61,339 nucleotides of DNA from Alphaproteobacteria bacterium. GTDB lineage: Bacteria > Pseudomonadota > Alphaproteobacteria > Micavibrionales > CSBR16-224. The position numbers and the translations under genes are program-made. Shown piece after piece: positions 28,268 to 37,774 of the stretch (within the stretch, counting starts at the first letter, position 1; every line of letters begins with the position of its first letter). A model generated the notes under the pieces. It worked only from the letters and a program-made list of their open reading frames with translations. It was not told where the DNA came from and did not search any database. The stretch lies in contig JAJFGX010000071.1 of NCBI GenBank assembly GCA_021775895.1, forward strand, positions 1 to 61,339, given 5' to 3'.

Positions 28268-31200
28268 TCATGCCCCCCTAGCTAAAGTTAGATTTTTTGC
28301 TGCAAAAACAGCAGGCAGATGCTGGTCAAGCTCTGTAATATTTTCATCATCCAATCCACGCATTCTTGACCAATCCAGACTATGTTTCAAAGTGTCGAGC
28401 ATTAGATCAAAATTCCATGATTTTCTTTCTGGTGCCATTGCTAGCAACATAACTTGAGGAGGCTCAGAATTAGGTGCATCAAAATGCAAGGCAATGCCTG
28501 TATCCTCTTCATTGGAGGGTAGGCGTTCGACGACTTCATCAACCATTATGCCCGTCATCTTTCCAGTAGCGAAATCTGCGGGAGTTACATGTGGAGGCAT
28601 AAGAACAAGAACAGATTGCCTATGTCCTTGCCCTTCTATTTGCTTATCTTGCGGTAGAGACATGGCAGTCCATTTTTCTCCATCAATATCAGGAAACTGA
28701 GCTACGGCAAAATTTCCTCCGCCATCGACAAAGCCAGCACTATCTTGTGTAAGCAATGCTTCAGAAAAACATTTTAAATGAGGTCTGACATATTGCATTT
28801 TCTCCAGCCAAACGTAGCTGTCAGTTTCACTGTTTTCAAAACGCATGTTTGTGCGTTTAATGGAATTGCTCCATGTTGTGGCCTGCATCTGTGATAATTC
28901 AATAAGACTAAAACTAGGGGAAGCATGCCCAATAATGATATTAGCAATTTTGTGCAATGTTTCATTATCCAGAGCATTAAAATCGTTATCTTCCCCAACC
29001 AAGTTATCAATTTTCTCTAAACGTTTGGTGAGTTTATCTGCTATAGATCTGATTTCTGATATGGCAGTCTGGATAACAGTTTTTTCATCTTGATGGTAAA
29101 ATGTAGGAATATTTTCTGTTAGCAAAAAGCGCATAGAAGTTAAGAATATTTCCTCTATATTTTGAATAGCAGCACTCAGCCCGCCAAAAGATAAAGCACC
29201 ATCTTGTTCATGTATATTTGCTATGAACTCTGTTCGTTTGTATAAATTACGTAAAGTGGTAACGCCTGATTTCAGATGTGTAATAAACTCGTCTGGAAGA
29301 CTGGTTGTTCCGATATTTTCTTCTGTGCTGTCGAACATAAAATCTTCTATTTTTATAGCGCGGGTTTTATCCAGTACATCACGCCATCCCATTAATAGCA
29401 ATAAGCTGTCTTGTGTATTATCTGTGTCCTCTATATATGGCTCTGCTTCTGCTGGAATATTATCTGGTTTATTGGCATTAAGGAATAGTTTGATCCATTC
29501 TGTAATAGCGCTGTTATGAGTTTCCACATCAGTTGGAAGCATAGGCAATACATCCAATACTCCAAGAGAAAAACGTGTATCTTGTTTGCTTATATCTGCT
29601 AATGAAATAGTTTCTTGCTTAATATAAGTATCGTCAGGTAGGCGATAAGCTACATCAAATTTGATATTCTTTATATCGCCGATAATGGAAGATAACATAT
29701 GTTCTGTATCGGTAAATAATTTAGTACGCAAGCTATTATCTTCTTCCGCCCATACAGTATTAGAAGCTTTTTCAGCGGGCATGAGCATCATAACCTTATG
29801 AGTTAATGTCATACCTTTTCTTTGTGTTTTTAGTATATTCAGCTCAGGTGGTGCTATATCGCCCTGTCCAACAGCAGTAAGTGTAGCCCCAGCCCGTGCG
29901 GTATTACCTTGAACTAGCGAGTGAACGCTATCTGCAATAGCAGCATCAGCCAGTGCATCTCGCATGTCAGCCAATTTATTGATAAATGGTGTAACTTCTT
30001 TTAAATCTAACCCATCGCTATATTCTGATTTGGAAAGATGTTTTAAGAAATTGGTTTGTTGCGTATCCATTGCCCATAAATCATATAGAGCTAAACCGTC
30101 TACAACGGGTGATTTTGGATCACTCTTTTCTTGGGTAAAGGATAAAACAGCCTCACGCACCGGGTAAACCCAATGGTCTTTTTTTCCTTCATGTAATACT
30201 CTTTCAAAAGCATAGCCAAGAACATCTCCTAAATCCTGCCCTTGCCGTACAGCATCAAACATCCAACTTGCTGTGTACATTCTTTCTGAGCTAAGATCGA
30301 CAGCAAAAGGAGTATTTGTTCCTTCTTCACGATAAGCCTGATATCCAGATCGTAAAACAGCAGCAGTTTTAGCATGGTTCAAAGATGGTGTATGGATAAA
30401 TCCTTCACTAATTTCATTTCCTGTGACTGTTTTACTACGTGGCTTTAAATTCTCTACCCAGCCAAAAGCTCCTAATTGTAATCCTGCTTCTTTTTTATTA
30501 CGTAAATCTTGCAGGCGTTTGCTGTGCATTGAGCCATACCATGCATCAAGTCGCCACCCAAACAATCCCAGTGTTTGCTGCATTAATAATTCCAGTTGAT
30601 CTTCGGGTAAAGTCTCCAGAATAGACAAGGCTGTAACGAGTTCATTTAATCTTTTAGCTCTTAAATTTTTAAATTTTGGTTGATTAGGCGAAATGGCTTC
30701 TGTGTTTAACCGAGTTCTAGGTGTATCATTGCTTACTCTTCCTATGGCTGTATAAACTAATTGATAAAGCAGAGGTTTGCCTTGACCTTGTAGTGGTGAT
30801 GTTCCAGCATCATTTCGGCTATTGAGCAGTGATTTGGTATATTGTTTTAGATAGGAAAGGTATTGCGCTGGTAGAATAGTTGTTCCATCATCCTTTTTAA
30901 TAGTAATCAGACTATTACTTGATAAACGGTCTTCTTCACTTTTATAACGACTGTAAACTATTTGCGGGTCATCAATTTCTTTGCGTAAGTTGGTATCAAT
31001 CATATCTGGAATAAGGCTATTAATTTCTTTAGCACGCATGTAATGGTCTTCTGTCACATCTATAAGCATATCCAGTATATCTAAACCTTGTGTGATTGTT
31101 TTCTTTTCACCACGATTAGTAACACTTTTGCTTTCTGCCTCAATTTGTGCTTTTACCAATATATATGTAGATTTCTCAATGCTGGAGGAAGAGTAGGTTT

Positions 31201-32842
31201 TTGTATACAGATCATCAAGATCAGCAGTGGTATATTTTTGTAAAGTCTCGGTTAAGACACTGTATTTCTTATCAAACAATGCCATTTTTATAAGTTCATA
31301 CCAAAATAAAATAAGGCTTCTATTATTACTTAATTGCTTGCCGGAAAATTTAACCGGATTGGGTTGCTGGCTCAACAAATCAAGTAATCTATCGCTGATC
31401 GCACCACTACCTTGTGCAAATTGTGTAAGCTGTACAGCAGATGATTTATTTTCCACCCAGTTTTCAGATAGTTTTTGCAATATTTCGAAGAGCTTTTTCT
31501 CATATTTATCTTTTGGCTGCATATGGTCGGCAGCTTGAATAGGGAGAATACCGTAAGGTGTTTCACCTATGCGAATGGTTGGGAGAGAGGCTCCACCTTT
31601 CACATATGTTTGTGTCCAGTCTTGTACATAGCTTATTTCTTCGCTTGATAATAAAGATTTTTTCTCTGTTGATAAAAGTGACTGTAAATATTCGCCTAGT
31701 GTCACTCCCCATAAAGCTGTATTCATCGCTTGCATGGCTTTTTGTTCAAATCCTTCGCGGTATTCGAAAGATTTAAGGATTGAGTTTTGTTGTAGCCCTA
31801 GTGCTTGTTCCAGAATGTTATAATTTTTATCTTTTTCAGATATGGAGGTATCATTGTTAGGAATCATTGCTCCGGAACAGGTTAAATCTGTATCAGTTTC
31901 TGGAGTGGTTGTTTTATTGGTATCTTTCTCGGTAAAGCTACGATGCCATACAGCTTCCAAATCTTCAGCAAAGGCTGACCACCCAGTATTAACTTCCTCT
32001 GTATTATTGGTTGGCATGCCTTGTGGTACGAAACCTGCACCTTCAGTATAAAAATGATTATTTAATGTATCAGCAAAGTATTTAGCCGCTTTTTTTGGTG
32101 TAAGATTTGCATCTTTATCTTTTATTTTTATACCTAGAACATAAAGCTTATCAAATCCATTTTGCATGTCATCGGTTAAACTAACCTCTACCCCCATGCC
32201 TTTATTTTTGGCTTCATCAAAGTCAACCATCCATTTAATGGCAGGATCAACAGATAAATCAGTAGGAATTTCTTCAGCGTTTTGTAGGTTAGGACTAAAA
32301 CATAAATCAGGGTCAATAGCTGAACTGACAGTTTCCAATATTCGTTTACTGCCTTTATACCCGACAACAAACCAGTAATCAGGCAACAGCTTTGATGTCA
32401 TTACGGTATAGTCATTATCTTCACGTAACTGTGAGGAGGGAATATTTTTATTTTCTGTCTTTTGGGCAACATAGGCGGCACGAGCTGTACCCATTATAGA
32501 AACAAGCCAGCCCCAAGCCTGTTTTCTATTTTCTTCATAGTTATCGCTTCCTTCAAATTTCGCCAGATCTTTCCAGAATTTTTTACCTGATTTATATTCA
32601 TCTTTAGTAAGTTTGGTTTCATGCTCATTCATAAAAATACGGTCTGGAAAAACACGAATTTTTAAAGAGGTTGGTTTTTTAGTAGGTAAAAAACGAGTTT
32701 CAATTCGCACTGGCAGCATTAAAACAGGAATGCCCTTTTTTAAATTCTCAAAATCTTTTTTACGAGAATCTATAGTTGTTACAACTCGAATAGGGTCAAC
32801 ACGTCGTATTGGTGTGTCTATTATGTCACGGCGGATAGGCAT
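28268..32842 (-). CDS. Giant-operon gene 2: 1524-aa hypothetical protein
   Basis: It starts 6 nt after the gene-1 stop, and the SD GAAGGA is embedded in the end of gene 1. Blocks are 'LPVRIETRF..LKIRVFPDRIFMNEHE' (N-terminus) and 'GIALHFDAPNSEPPQVMLLAMAP' (C-terminus). No Walker A or HExxH. Confidence 0.9.
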   Translation of the reverse strand: MPIRRDIIDTPIRRVDPIRVVTTIDSRKKDFENLKKGIPVLMLPVRIETRFLPTKKPTSLKIRVFPDRIFMNEHETKLTKDEYKSGKKFWKDLAKFEGSDNYEENRKQAWGWLVSIMGTARAAYVAQKTENKNIPSSQLREDNDYTVMTSKLLPDYWFVVGYKGSKRILETVSSAIDPDLCFSPNLQNAEEIPTDLSVDPAIKWMVDFDEAKNKGMGVEVSLTDDMQNGFDKLYVLGIKIKDKDANLTPKKAAKYFADTLNNHFYTEGAGFVPQGMPTNNTEEVNTGWSAFAEDLEAVWHRSFTEKDTNKTTTPETDTDLTCSGAMIPNNDTSISEKDKNYNILEQALGLQQNSILKSFEYREGFEQKAMQAMNTALWGVTLGEYLQSLLSTEKKSLLSSEEISYVQDWTQTYVKGGASLPTIRIGETPYGILPIQAADHMQPKDKYEKKLFEILQKLSENWVENKSSAVQLTQFAQGSGAISDRLLDLLSQQPNPVKFSGKQLSNNRSLILFWYELIKMALFDKKYSVLTETLQKYTTADLDDLYTKTYSSSSIEKSTYILVKAQIEAESKSVTNRGEKKTITQGLDILDMLIDVTEDHYMRAKEINSLIPDMIDTNLRKEIDDPQIVYSRYKSEEDRLSSNSLITIKKDDGTTILPAQYLSYLKQYTKSLLNSRNDAGTSPLQGQGKPLLYQLVYTAIGRVSNDTPRTRLNTEAISPNQPKFKNLRAKRLNELVTALSILETLPEDQLELLMQQTLGLFGWRLDAWYGSMHSKRLQDLRNKKEAGLQLGAFGWVENLKPRSKTVTGNEISEGFIHTPSLNHAKTAAVLRSGYQAYREEGTNTPFAVDLSSERMYTASWMFDAVRQGQDLGDVLGYAFERVLHEGKKDHWVYPVREAVLSFTQEKSDPKSPVVDGLALYDLWAMDTQQTNFLKHLSKSEYSDGLDLKEVTPFINKLADMRDALADAAIADSVHSLVQGNTARAGATLTAVGQGDIAPPELNILKTQRKGMTLTHKVMMLMPAEKASNTVWAEEDNSLRTKLFTDTEHMLSSIIGDIKNIKFDVAYRLPDDTYIKQETISLADISKQDTRFSLGVLDVLPMLPTDVETHNSAITEWIKLFLNANKPDNIPAEAEPYIEDTDNTQDSLLLLMGWRDVLDKTRAIKIEDFMFDSTEENIGTTSLPDEFITHLKSGVTTLRNLYKRTEFIANIHEQDGALSFGGLSAAIQNIEEIFLTSMRFLLTENIPTFYHQDEKTVIQTAISEIRSIADKLTKRLEKIDNLVGEDNDFNALDNETLHKIANIIIGHASPSFSLIELSQMQATTWSNSIKRTNMRFENSETDSYVWLEKMQYVRPHLKCFSEALLTQDSAGFVDGGGNFAVAQFPDIDGEKWTAMSLPQDKQIEGQGHRQSVLVLMPPHVTPADFATGKMTGIMVDEVVERLPSNEEDTGIALHFDAPNSEPPQVMLLAMAPERKSWNFDLMLDTLKHSLDWSRMRGLDDENITELDQHLPAVFAAKNLTLARGA

Positions 32843-32848
32843 GTTTTT

Positions 32849-35794
32849 TTATCCTTCTTCTTTGGCTAGCAATGTATCGGCATGAAATAAAATACGTACA
32901 GGTAGCTGATAGGTGATTTTTGCCATATCAGCACTGTTTTTTCCCCAGACACTTCCGTCTTGAAATTTCATTCTATTCTTCCATTCTGTCTCTATGGGAG
33001 CAAAATTAAGTGCAGATAGACTGCTGGCACTATCTGCAAAATGCCCCCATGACAAATCTTCATAATTTGCAGGACGCCTATCAGGTGCATAGTCCTGAGC
33101 AACATCTAGCCCAAAACGTGGCTCGGATATATTTTCTTCAAACACAAAGAACCATCCGGGATCTTTATCTGCTGGATTAGCTGAGCCTCGTAGTATCTCG
33201 TCTGTTAGAGAAAAGCCGATAAAATGTGCTTCCGCTCCAATTTTACCTTTGAATAGCGGCAAGCGGATATTCTCATCTGAAATATTAGCTTTTCTGACTT
33301 TATTATGAGATGCCTTTGGTAGAGTTCTATCTATAATATTCCAACTATCAGTGTTGTCGGTATCTTTTTTCTCCCATTTTGCTTTAACGGCATAAATCTG
33401 TGTATTGGGGTAGAATTTCAATAAATCTCCTTTTATCAACAGGACTATATTTTCTTCCCCTGCTGTTGCACTTGCAGATAATGCAGAAGATCCTAGCTTG
33501 TTATTTTTTCCCCAATTGCTAATTGGTTTAATATCTTTTTGGTCTGGTGTGTCTATATAATCCCAGAACTTTCTGAACCATGTGTTATCAAGCTCTGCTG
33601 GATATTCACGCCATGCCAGCTCACGGCTCATTTCATTATTCATACCAGCAAGATAACTTTGAATGAATGTTGGATTTGTTTGTAGTAAAGAAATACTGTT
33701 TTCTGGAATTGAGCCAAAACCAGGTAGAAAAAATTCAGGGTTTAATTTTTGTAAATCCTGATATGCTGGTTGGTCAAATTCAAGTGAAGCTTTAACCTGT
33801 TTAGGTATAATAACATTTTTAGTTTTTGGTCTTTCAACACCAGTAACACGAGTGAATATTTCGCTACCAATTGCCTTATCAGGATTGGTTTTATTGCGAG
33901 ATGCTGTAGCAATCTTTTTTAAATCAATGTCAGTTTTGACAGCAGGTGTAGAAACAATAGTGTTTGATTTTATCCCTGTTGGCATTAATTTAGTTTTATT
34001 AAGACTAGTTAATTCTTTTGTTTTTAATGTTTTAGGTGATGATAGTTTTATTGTCCCCATACCAACTCGTGTTGCTGAAGTTCTACGTGTTGAAGTTCTC
34101 CTTGTGGTGGTGGGGGTTGTAGTTTGTATAGATGATATCTCATAAGATTTTGAAATACTTAAGGTCTCGTATGAACGGGCAATAGCCAGACTGCTAATTG
34201 ACGGTGCTGCTGTAATACAATTTTGTATAACTTTTTTGTCCGATGCAGTTTTAGATGCAACTTCCCCTGATAATTTAGCTTGGAAATTTAGTTTTTTATC
34301 CTGTGATTTTGCAAAGCGTCGAAAGCCAGCCTCTACAGTTCCGGTCGGGACAAAATTACTCTTCTCTATTGTGCGTTGTATAGTGTATTTTTTTCCATCT
34401 TCTTTCATGCGACTATTTACTGGTGTAGTAATACGTAGCCAAGTATCATCTTTTAATGCAGACATTTTATTGTGTATGGATTTTCCAACACTATGTGCAA
34501 AACGGGCATGACGTATTTCCTGCTGAACAGTGTCAGCATTTCTGGCAAACTCCCATGCTTCAGCCATATATGTTTCCTGATTTTTGCGTATGACACGAAC
34601 TCCTGTTCCAGCCATTGAACGGTGGCAAGGATTGAAATTTATTTCATTTGCCCATGTTGGTAGTTCCTGACGTGTGATGTTATATGCCAGTTCTTTTTGC
34701 CAACGTCCATAAAGCGGAGCTGAAACAACAGGATCATGTGCTAGAGCATTGTAGTCTTCGCTATCGGAAATAATGGTATCTCCATCGGTAAGAATCATTT
34801 TTTCAAGAGCGCTCTGAAATTTTGTTTTATGGTCTCGACGCCATTTTTTTGTTGCTGCAATTGGAGAGATCAGAGCTCCTTCAAAACTGAGCGTAATACG
34901 TTTGCCTTGTGGCAGGTTAAGATTCAAGTCAGCTAAATTAAGTCCGCCACGTGGTGTTGAAATGTCTAAATCATGCAAGCCAACGGTTTCATCGGCTTGA
35001 TAAGGTAGTAAACGGCGGACAAGATCTTCAAAATCAGCTTCGCCTGTTTGGAAGCCCCATGAATAGTAGTATGGTAGAGTTATAGTATCGGTATCAGTAT
35101 TCCATGCAAAATTATCCCCTGCACTTGCTATGTCTTGTCCTAGTCCAGCTAACCGACCAGCTTCAAAACATGGCACTAGAAAAGCTTGGTAAGCTGTGTT
35201 CTTATCTAGCCGCCTTGCTGCGACCATGCGAGAAAAAGACGTAGTTAATTCCTGACCTTTTCTATCTGGCAGTGTCATGCTTTGTACATGTGTCCACATA
35301 CAAAGATCTTGGGGTGCAGGCAGTATGTCTCTGGCTTTTTCTTTGATATAAATAGCTTTACGCGTACCTGACTTTGTTGTTTCAAGTATAAAGTTATCCT
35401 CTTTTTTCAAAACAATTAAGGCAAGCCACGGGCATAATCTTCCTTTGTTGGTCACTTTTCCATGTGAGAATAGCCACGGGAATTCTGGAGAAACAAATTC
35501 AATAAATGGAAAGAAATTGGGCTCAAAATCACAAGAATTAGATTTTGGTTCTACCTTTATGATTTGGCTAGTATCAAATGAACTAACATCTCCAGCACCA
35601 CGCAATGGGAATGATTGTGTAATAAAATCATTGTCACCAGATATTTTAATCCCAGCTTTTACCGTTGGGTTAAGTGATGATGGAATACCAAACTCGTCTA
35701 CACTATGTTCCGTTTGAAATGAAAGCCCTGTTTGTGTATAGGAATAAAAAGTTAGTTTACTGTCCATAGTATACCCATAAAAAATATAAAGCAC
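32849..35794 (-). CDS. Giant-operon gene 1: 981-aa hypothetical protein with a central Thr/Arg-rich linker
   Basis: The track start is GTG at 35794; ATG at 35767 ('MDSKLTFYSY') is an alternative. Blocks are 'RGAGDVSSFD..FEPNFFPFIEFVSPEFPWLFS..RLCPWLALIVL' and 'ELAWREYPAELDNTWFRKFWDY'. Confidence 0.88.
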   Translation of the reverse strand: MLYIFYGYTMDSKLTFYSYTQTGLSFQTEHSVDEFGIPSSLNPTVKAGIKISGDNDFITQSFPLRGAGDVSSFDTSQIIKVEPKSNSCDFEPNFFPFIEFVSPEFPWLFSHGKVTNKGRLCPWLALIVLKKEDNFILETTKSGTRKAIYIKEKARDILPAPQDLCMWTHVQSMTLPDRKGQELTTSFSRMVAARRLDKNTAYQAFLVPCFEAGRLAGLGQDIASAGDNFAWNTDTDTITLPYYYSWGFQTGEADFEDLVRRLLPYQADETVGLHDLDISTPRGGLNLADLNLNLPQGKRITLSFEGALISPIAATKKWRRDHKTKFQSALEKMILTDGDTIISDSEDYNALAHDPVVSAPLYGRWQKELAYNITRQELPTWANEINFNPCHRSMAGTGVRVIRKNQETYMAEAWEFARNADTVQQEIRHARFAHSVGKSIHNKMSALKDDTWLRITTPVNSRMKEDGKKYTIQRTIEKSNFVPTGTVEAGFRRFAKSQDKKLNFQAKLSGEVASKTASDKKVIQNCITAAPSISSLAIARSYETLSISKSYEISSIQTTTPTTTRRTSTRRTSATRVGMGTIKLSSPKTLKTKELTSLNKTKLMPTGIKSNTIVSTPAVKTDIDLKKIATASRNKTNPDKAIGSEIFTRVTGVERPKTKNVIIPKQVKASLEFDQPAYQDLQKLNPEFFLPGFGSIPENSISLLQTNPTFIQSYLAGMNNEMSRELAWREYPAELDNTWFRKFWDYIDTPDQKDIKPISNWGKNNKLGSSALSASATAGEENIVLLIKGDLLKFYPNTQIYAVKAKWEKKDTDNTDSWNIIDRTLPKASHNKVRKANISDENIRLPLFKGKIGAEAHFIGFSLTDEILRGSANPADKDPGWFFVFEENISEPRFGLDVAQDYAPDRRPANYEDLSWGHFADSASSLSALNFAPIETEWKNRMKFQDGSVWGKNSADMAKITYQLPVRILFHADTLLAKEEG

Positions 35795-35820
35795 ATAGGT
35801 TAGAACCCTAAAGCTAAAGT

Positions 35821-35849
35821 ATAGTACAAACTATGTTCTAATACTGCAA
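35821..35849 (-). promoter_or_regulatory. Candidate sigma70-like promoter for the giant operon
   Basis: The minus strand reads TTGCAG-N17-TACTAT, ~25 nt upstream of the GTG at 35794. Confidence 0.3.
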
Positions 35850-35923
35850 ATTTTTTTATATATTAATTAGTAGCTAATCATTTTTAATGCATTAGAAATG
35901 TTAGTGATAGACTACCCACACCG

Positions 35924-36415
35924 TTATTTCCTATTTTCAGAAGCTTGCAAGACTAATTGGCATGTTTTATGGCTAGGAAGAGACTTTAACGCTTCTTTGC
36001 AGAAAAGGGCGGGCGAATAGCCAGCTTCATTCTTAACGGTTAGGCTTGCACCTAAGTTGATTAAAATGCGAGCTGCTTCTATGCGGTCTGCATCTATAGC
36101 GTGATGTAACGGGGTTCTTCCATCAGCATCTCTATGGTCTAAATTAACGCCAGCCTGAAATAGAAGCTCCAAAACATTAGGGAATTTTTTATTTTCTATA
36201 GCGGCATGAGCAAGGTTTTGCTCTCGACCGTATAGGTAAGATGATATTTCTTTGAATCTATTCTCGTCTTTTAAGATTGAGAATTCTTCTGGACTACCTG
36301 TTGCAACAATTCTAGGTAAAAAAAGATTATCGTTCGTACTAGCATCACACCCTGTACTCATTAGCAGGAATATTACTATACACAGTTGCTGAATCCTAGC
36401 TCCTATATGTTGCAT
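35924..36415 (-). CDS. Exported (possibly lipidated) ankyrin-repeat protein
   Basis: AAGGAG lies 8 nt before the ATG. The hydrophobic leader is 'LCIVIFLLMSTGCDAS'. ANK repeats include 'DGRTPLHHAIDADRIEAARILINLGASLTVKNEAGYSPALF'. Confidence 0.8.
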   Translation of the reverse strand: MQHIGARIQQLCIVIFLLMSTGCDASTNDNLFLPRIVATGSPEEFSILKDENRFKEISSYLYGREQNLAHAAIENKKFPNVLELLFQAGVNLDHRDADGRTPLHHAIDADRIEAARILINLGASLTVKNEAGYSPALFCKEALKSLPSHKTCQLVLQASENRK

Positions 36416-36657
36416 GGGGTAGCTCCTTAATAAGGCTTAATTTGATGCAGAGTACAAAACTTAAGACTGTGTTACAATTTATTTTCTAACTTTTAATTTA
36501 GAATCCAAAAATCACCTTATATTGCTACTGCTATTTTTCAACATACCGCTTTAATTCTGGGAGCATTGCATACTTTTTTATTTTACTCCATAATAATATT
36601 CTACCATAATGTTATAATATAATAGCAGGGTTAAGACATAACCCTAAAACACCATTA

Positions 36658-37677
36658 CTATTTAAGGTGTTCGATAATGATTTGCTTTACTATTTCAGGG
36701 TTTGTTTCTTTATTTATTGATGAGCAAATAATGTTGCAATTTGTTTGCTCTGAGAAATACCACCCAAAATGTTTGCGTGCAATTCTAACACCTTTTTTTA
36801 ATCCGTAGTGTTCTAATATTGCATCATAGTGATCCATGACTAATTTCAGACGCTCTTTATGTACGGGTGGGTCATTAATAACGCTTTCATCACGTATATA
36901 ATCTATAGTTTGACTAAAAAGCCATGGCTTACCACAGCAGCCTCTACCAATCATTACACCATCTGCTTTCGATAAATCTAAAGCTTTTTTTGCATTTTGA
37001 GGTGTTGTAATATCACCATTAACAATAACAGGTATGCTTACAACTTCTTTAACATTACGTACGGCTCTCCAGTCAGATGTTCCGTTATACATTTGATTAC
37101 GTGTACGTCCATGAACGGTAATCATTTTTATTCCGATATCTTCTGCTCTTTTAGCAAGGATTGGTGCATTTAAACTATTGCTATCCCAACCTAAACGCAT
37201 TTTTACAGTTACAGGTACATTAACCGCATTTACGACCGATGACATGATTTCGGACGCAAGGTTTTCATCTTTCATTAAGGCAGAGCCAGCATATTTTTTA
37301 ATTATTTTTTTTACAGGGCAACCAAAATTAATATCAATAATAGCAGCACCACGATCTACATTTAGTTTTGCAACTTCTGCCATTATTTCTGGTTCGCAAC
37401 CAGCAATTTGAACGGCTATAGGAAATTCTTCGGTATAATTTGGTTTGAGTTCCGTATTATTTTTTTCTCGCAAGGCTACTTGAGTTGCAATCATCTCTGA
37501 AAAAACAAGTCCTGCTCCATAGTGTTTTGCAATTCGTCTGAAAGGTAAATCTGTTATACCAGACATCGGAGCCAAAAATACTTGGTTATTAATTTTTACA
37601 TTGCCAATAGATAAACTCATATTCCCAATATAACAGCAAACCATATTAAAGAAACCTTTTGATTTTATAAAACGCAT
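36658..37677 (-). CDS. dusB: tRNA-dihydrouridine synthase B
   Basis: '[29 protein letters not shown]' and '[10 protein letters not shown]'. The likely true start is the Met at 37620 ('[10 protein letters not shown]'). Confidence 0.9.
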   Translation of the reverse strand: MRFIKSKGFFNMVCCYIGNMSLSIGNVKINNQVFLAPMSGITDLPFRRIAKHYGAGLVFSEMIATQVALREKNNTELKPNYTEEFPIAVQIAGCEPEIMAEVAKLNVDRGAAIIDINFGCPVKKIIKKYAGSALMKDENLASEIMSSVVNAVNVPVTVKMRLGWDSNSLNAPILAKRAEDIGIKMITVHGRTRNQMYNGTSDWRAVRNVKEVVSIPVIVNGDITTPQNAKKALDLSKADGVMIGRGCCGKPWLFSQTIDYIRDESVINDPPVHKERLKLVMDHYDAILEHYGLKKGVRIARKHFGWYFSEQTNCNIICSSINKETNPEIVKQIIIEHLK

Positions 37678-37774
37678 ACCGCAATGACATAACTTAAATA
37701 CATTTTTGCATTGACATATTTCAAGAAAGGTGCTAGGGTGCGTTTTATTGCGAATAGAAAATGGAAATAGATAG

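Noticed and set aside
18313-35717. Numerous 60-222-aa plus-strand ORFs inside the giant minus-strand genes (for example 19267..19935, 19972..20205, 33852..34145, 35445..35717).
   Set aside because: All lie antisense within long, well-supported CDSs. They lack SD sequences, and their translations are low-complexity (S/P/I-rich), typical of antisense frames in AT-rich DNA.
17398-35794. The giant operon considered as a Tc/RHS toxin complex, an eCIS/T6SS, or a prophage structural-lysis module.
   Set aside because: No YD/RHS repeats or SpvB-like motifs are present. There are no sheath-, tube-, spike- or capsid-sized genes. I found no AAA+, terminase or portal signature, and no holin next to the hydrolase. 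Remote homology cannot be excluded without profile searches, so this is rejected only as a default label.
36531-36560. Weak similarity ('ATTTTTCAACATACCGCTTTAATTCT') to the central part of the intergenic repeat, upstream of the ankyrin gene.
   Set aside because: Only ~10 contiguous identical nucleotides match, and the flanking repeat arms are absent. This is probably chance in AT-rich DNA.
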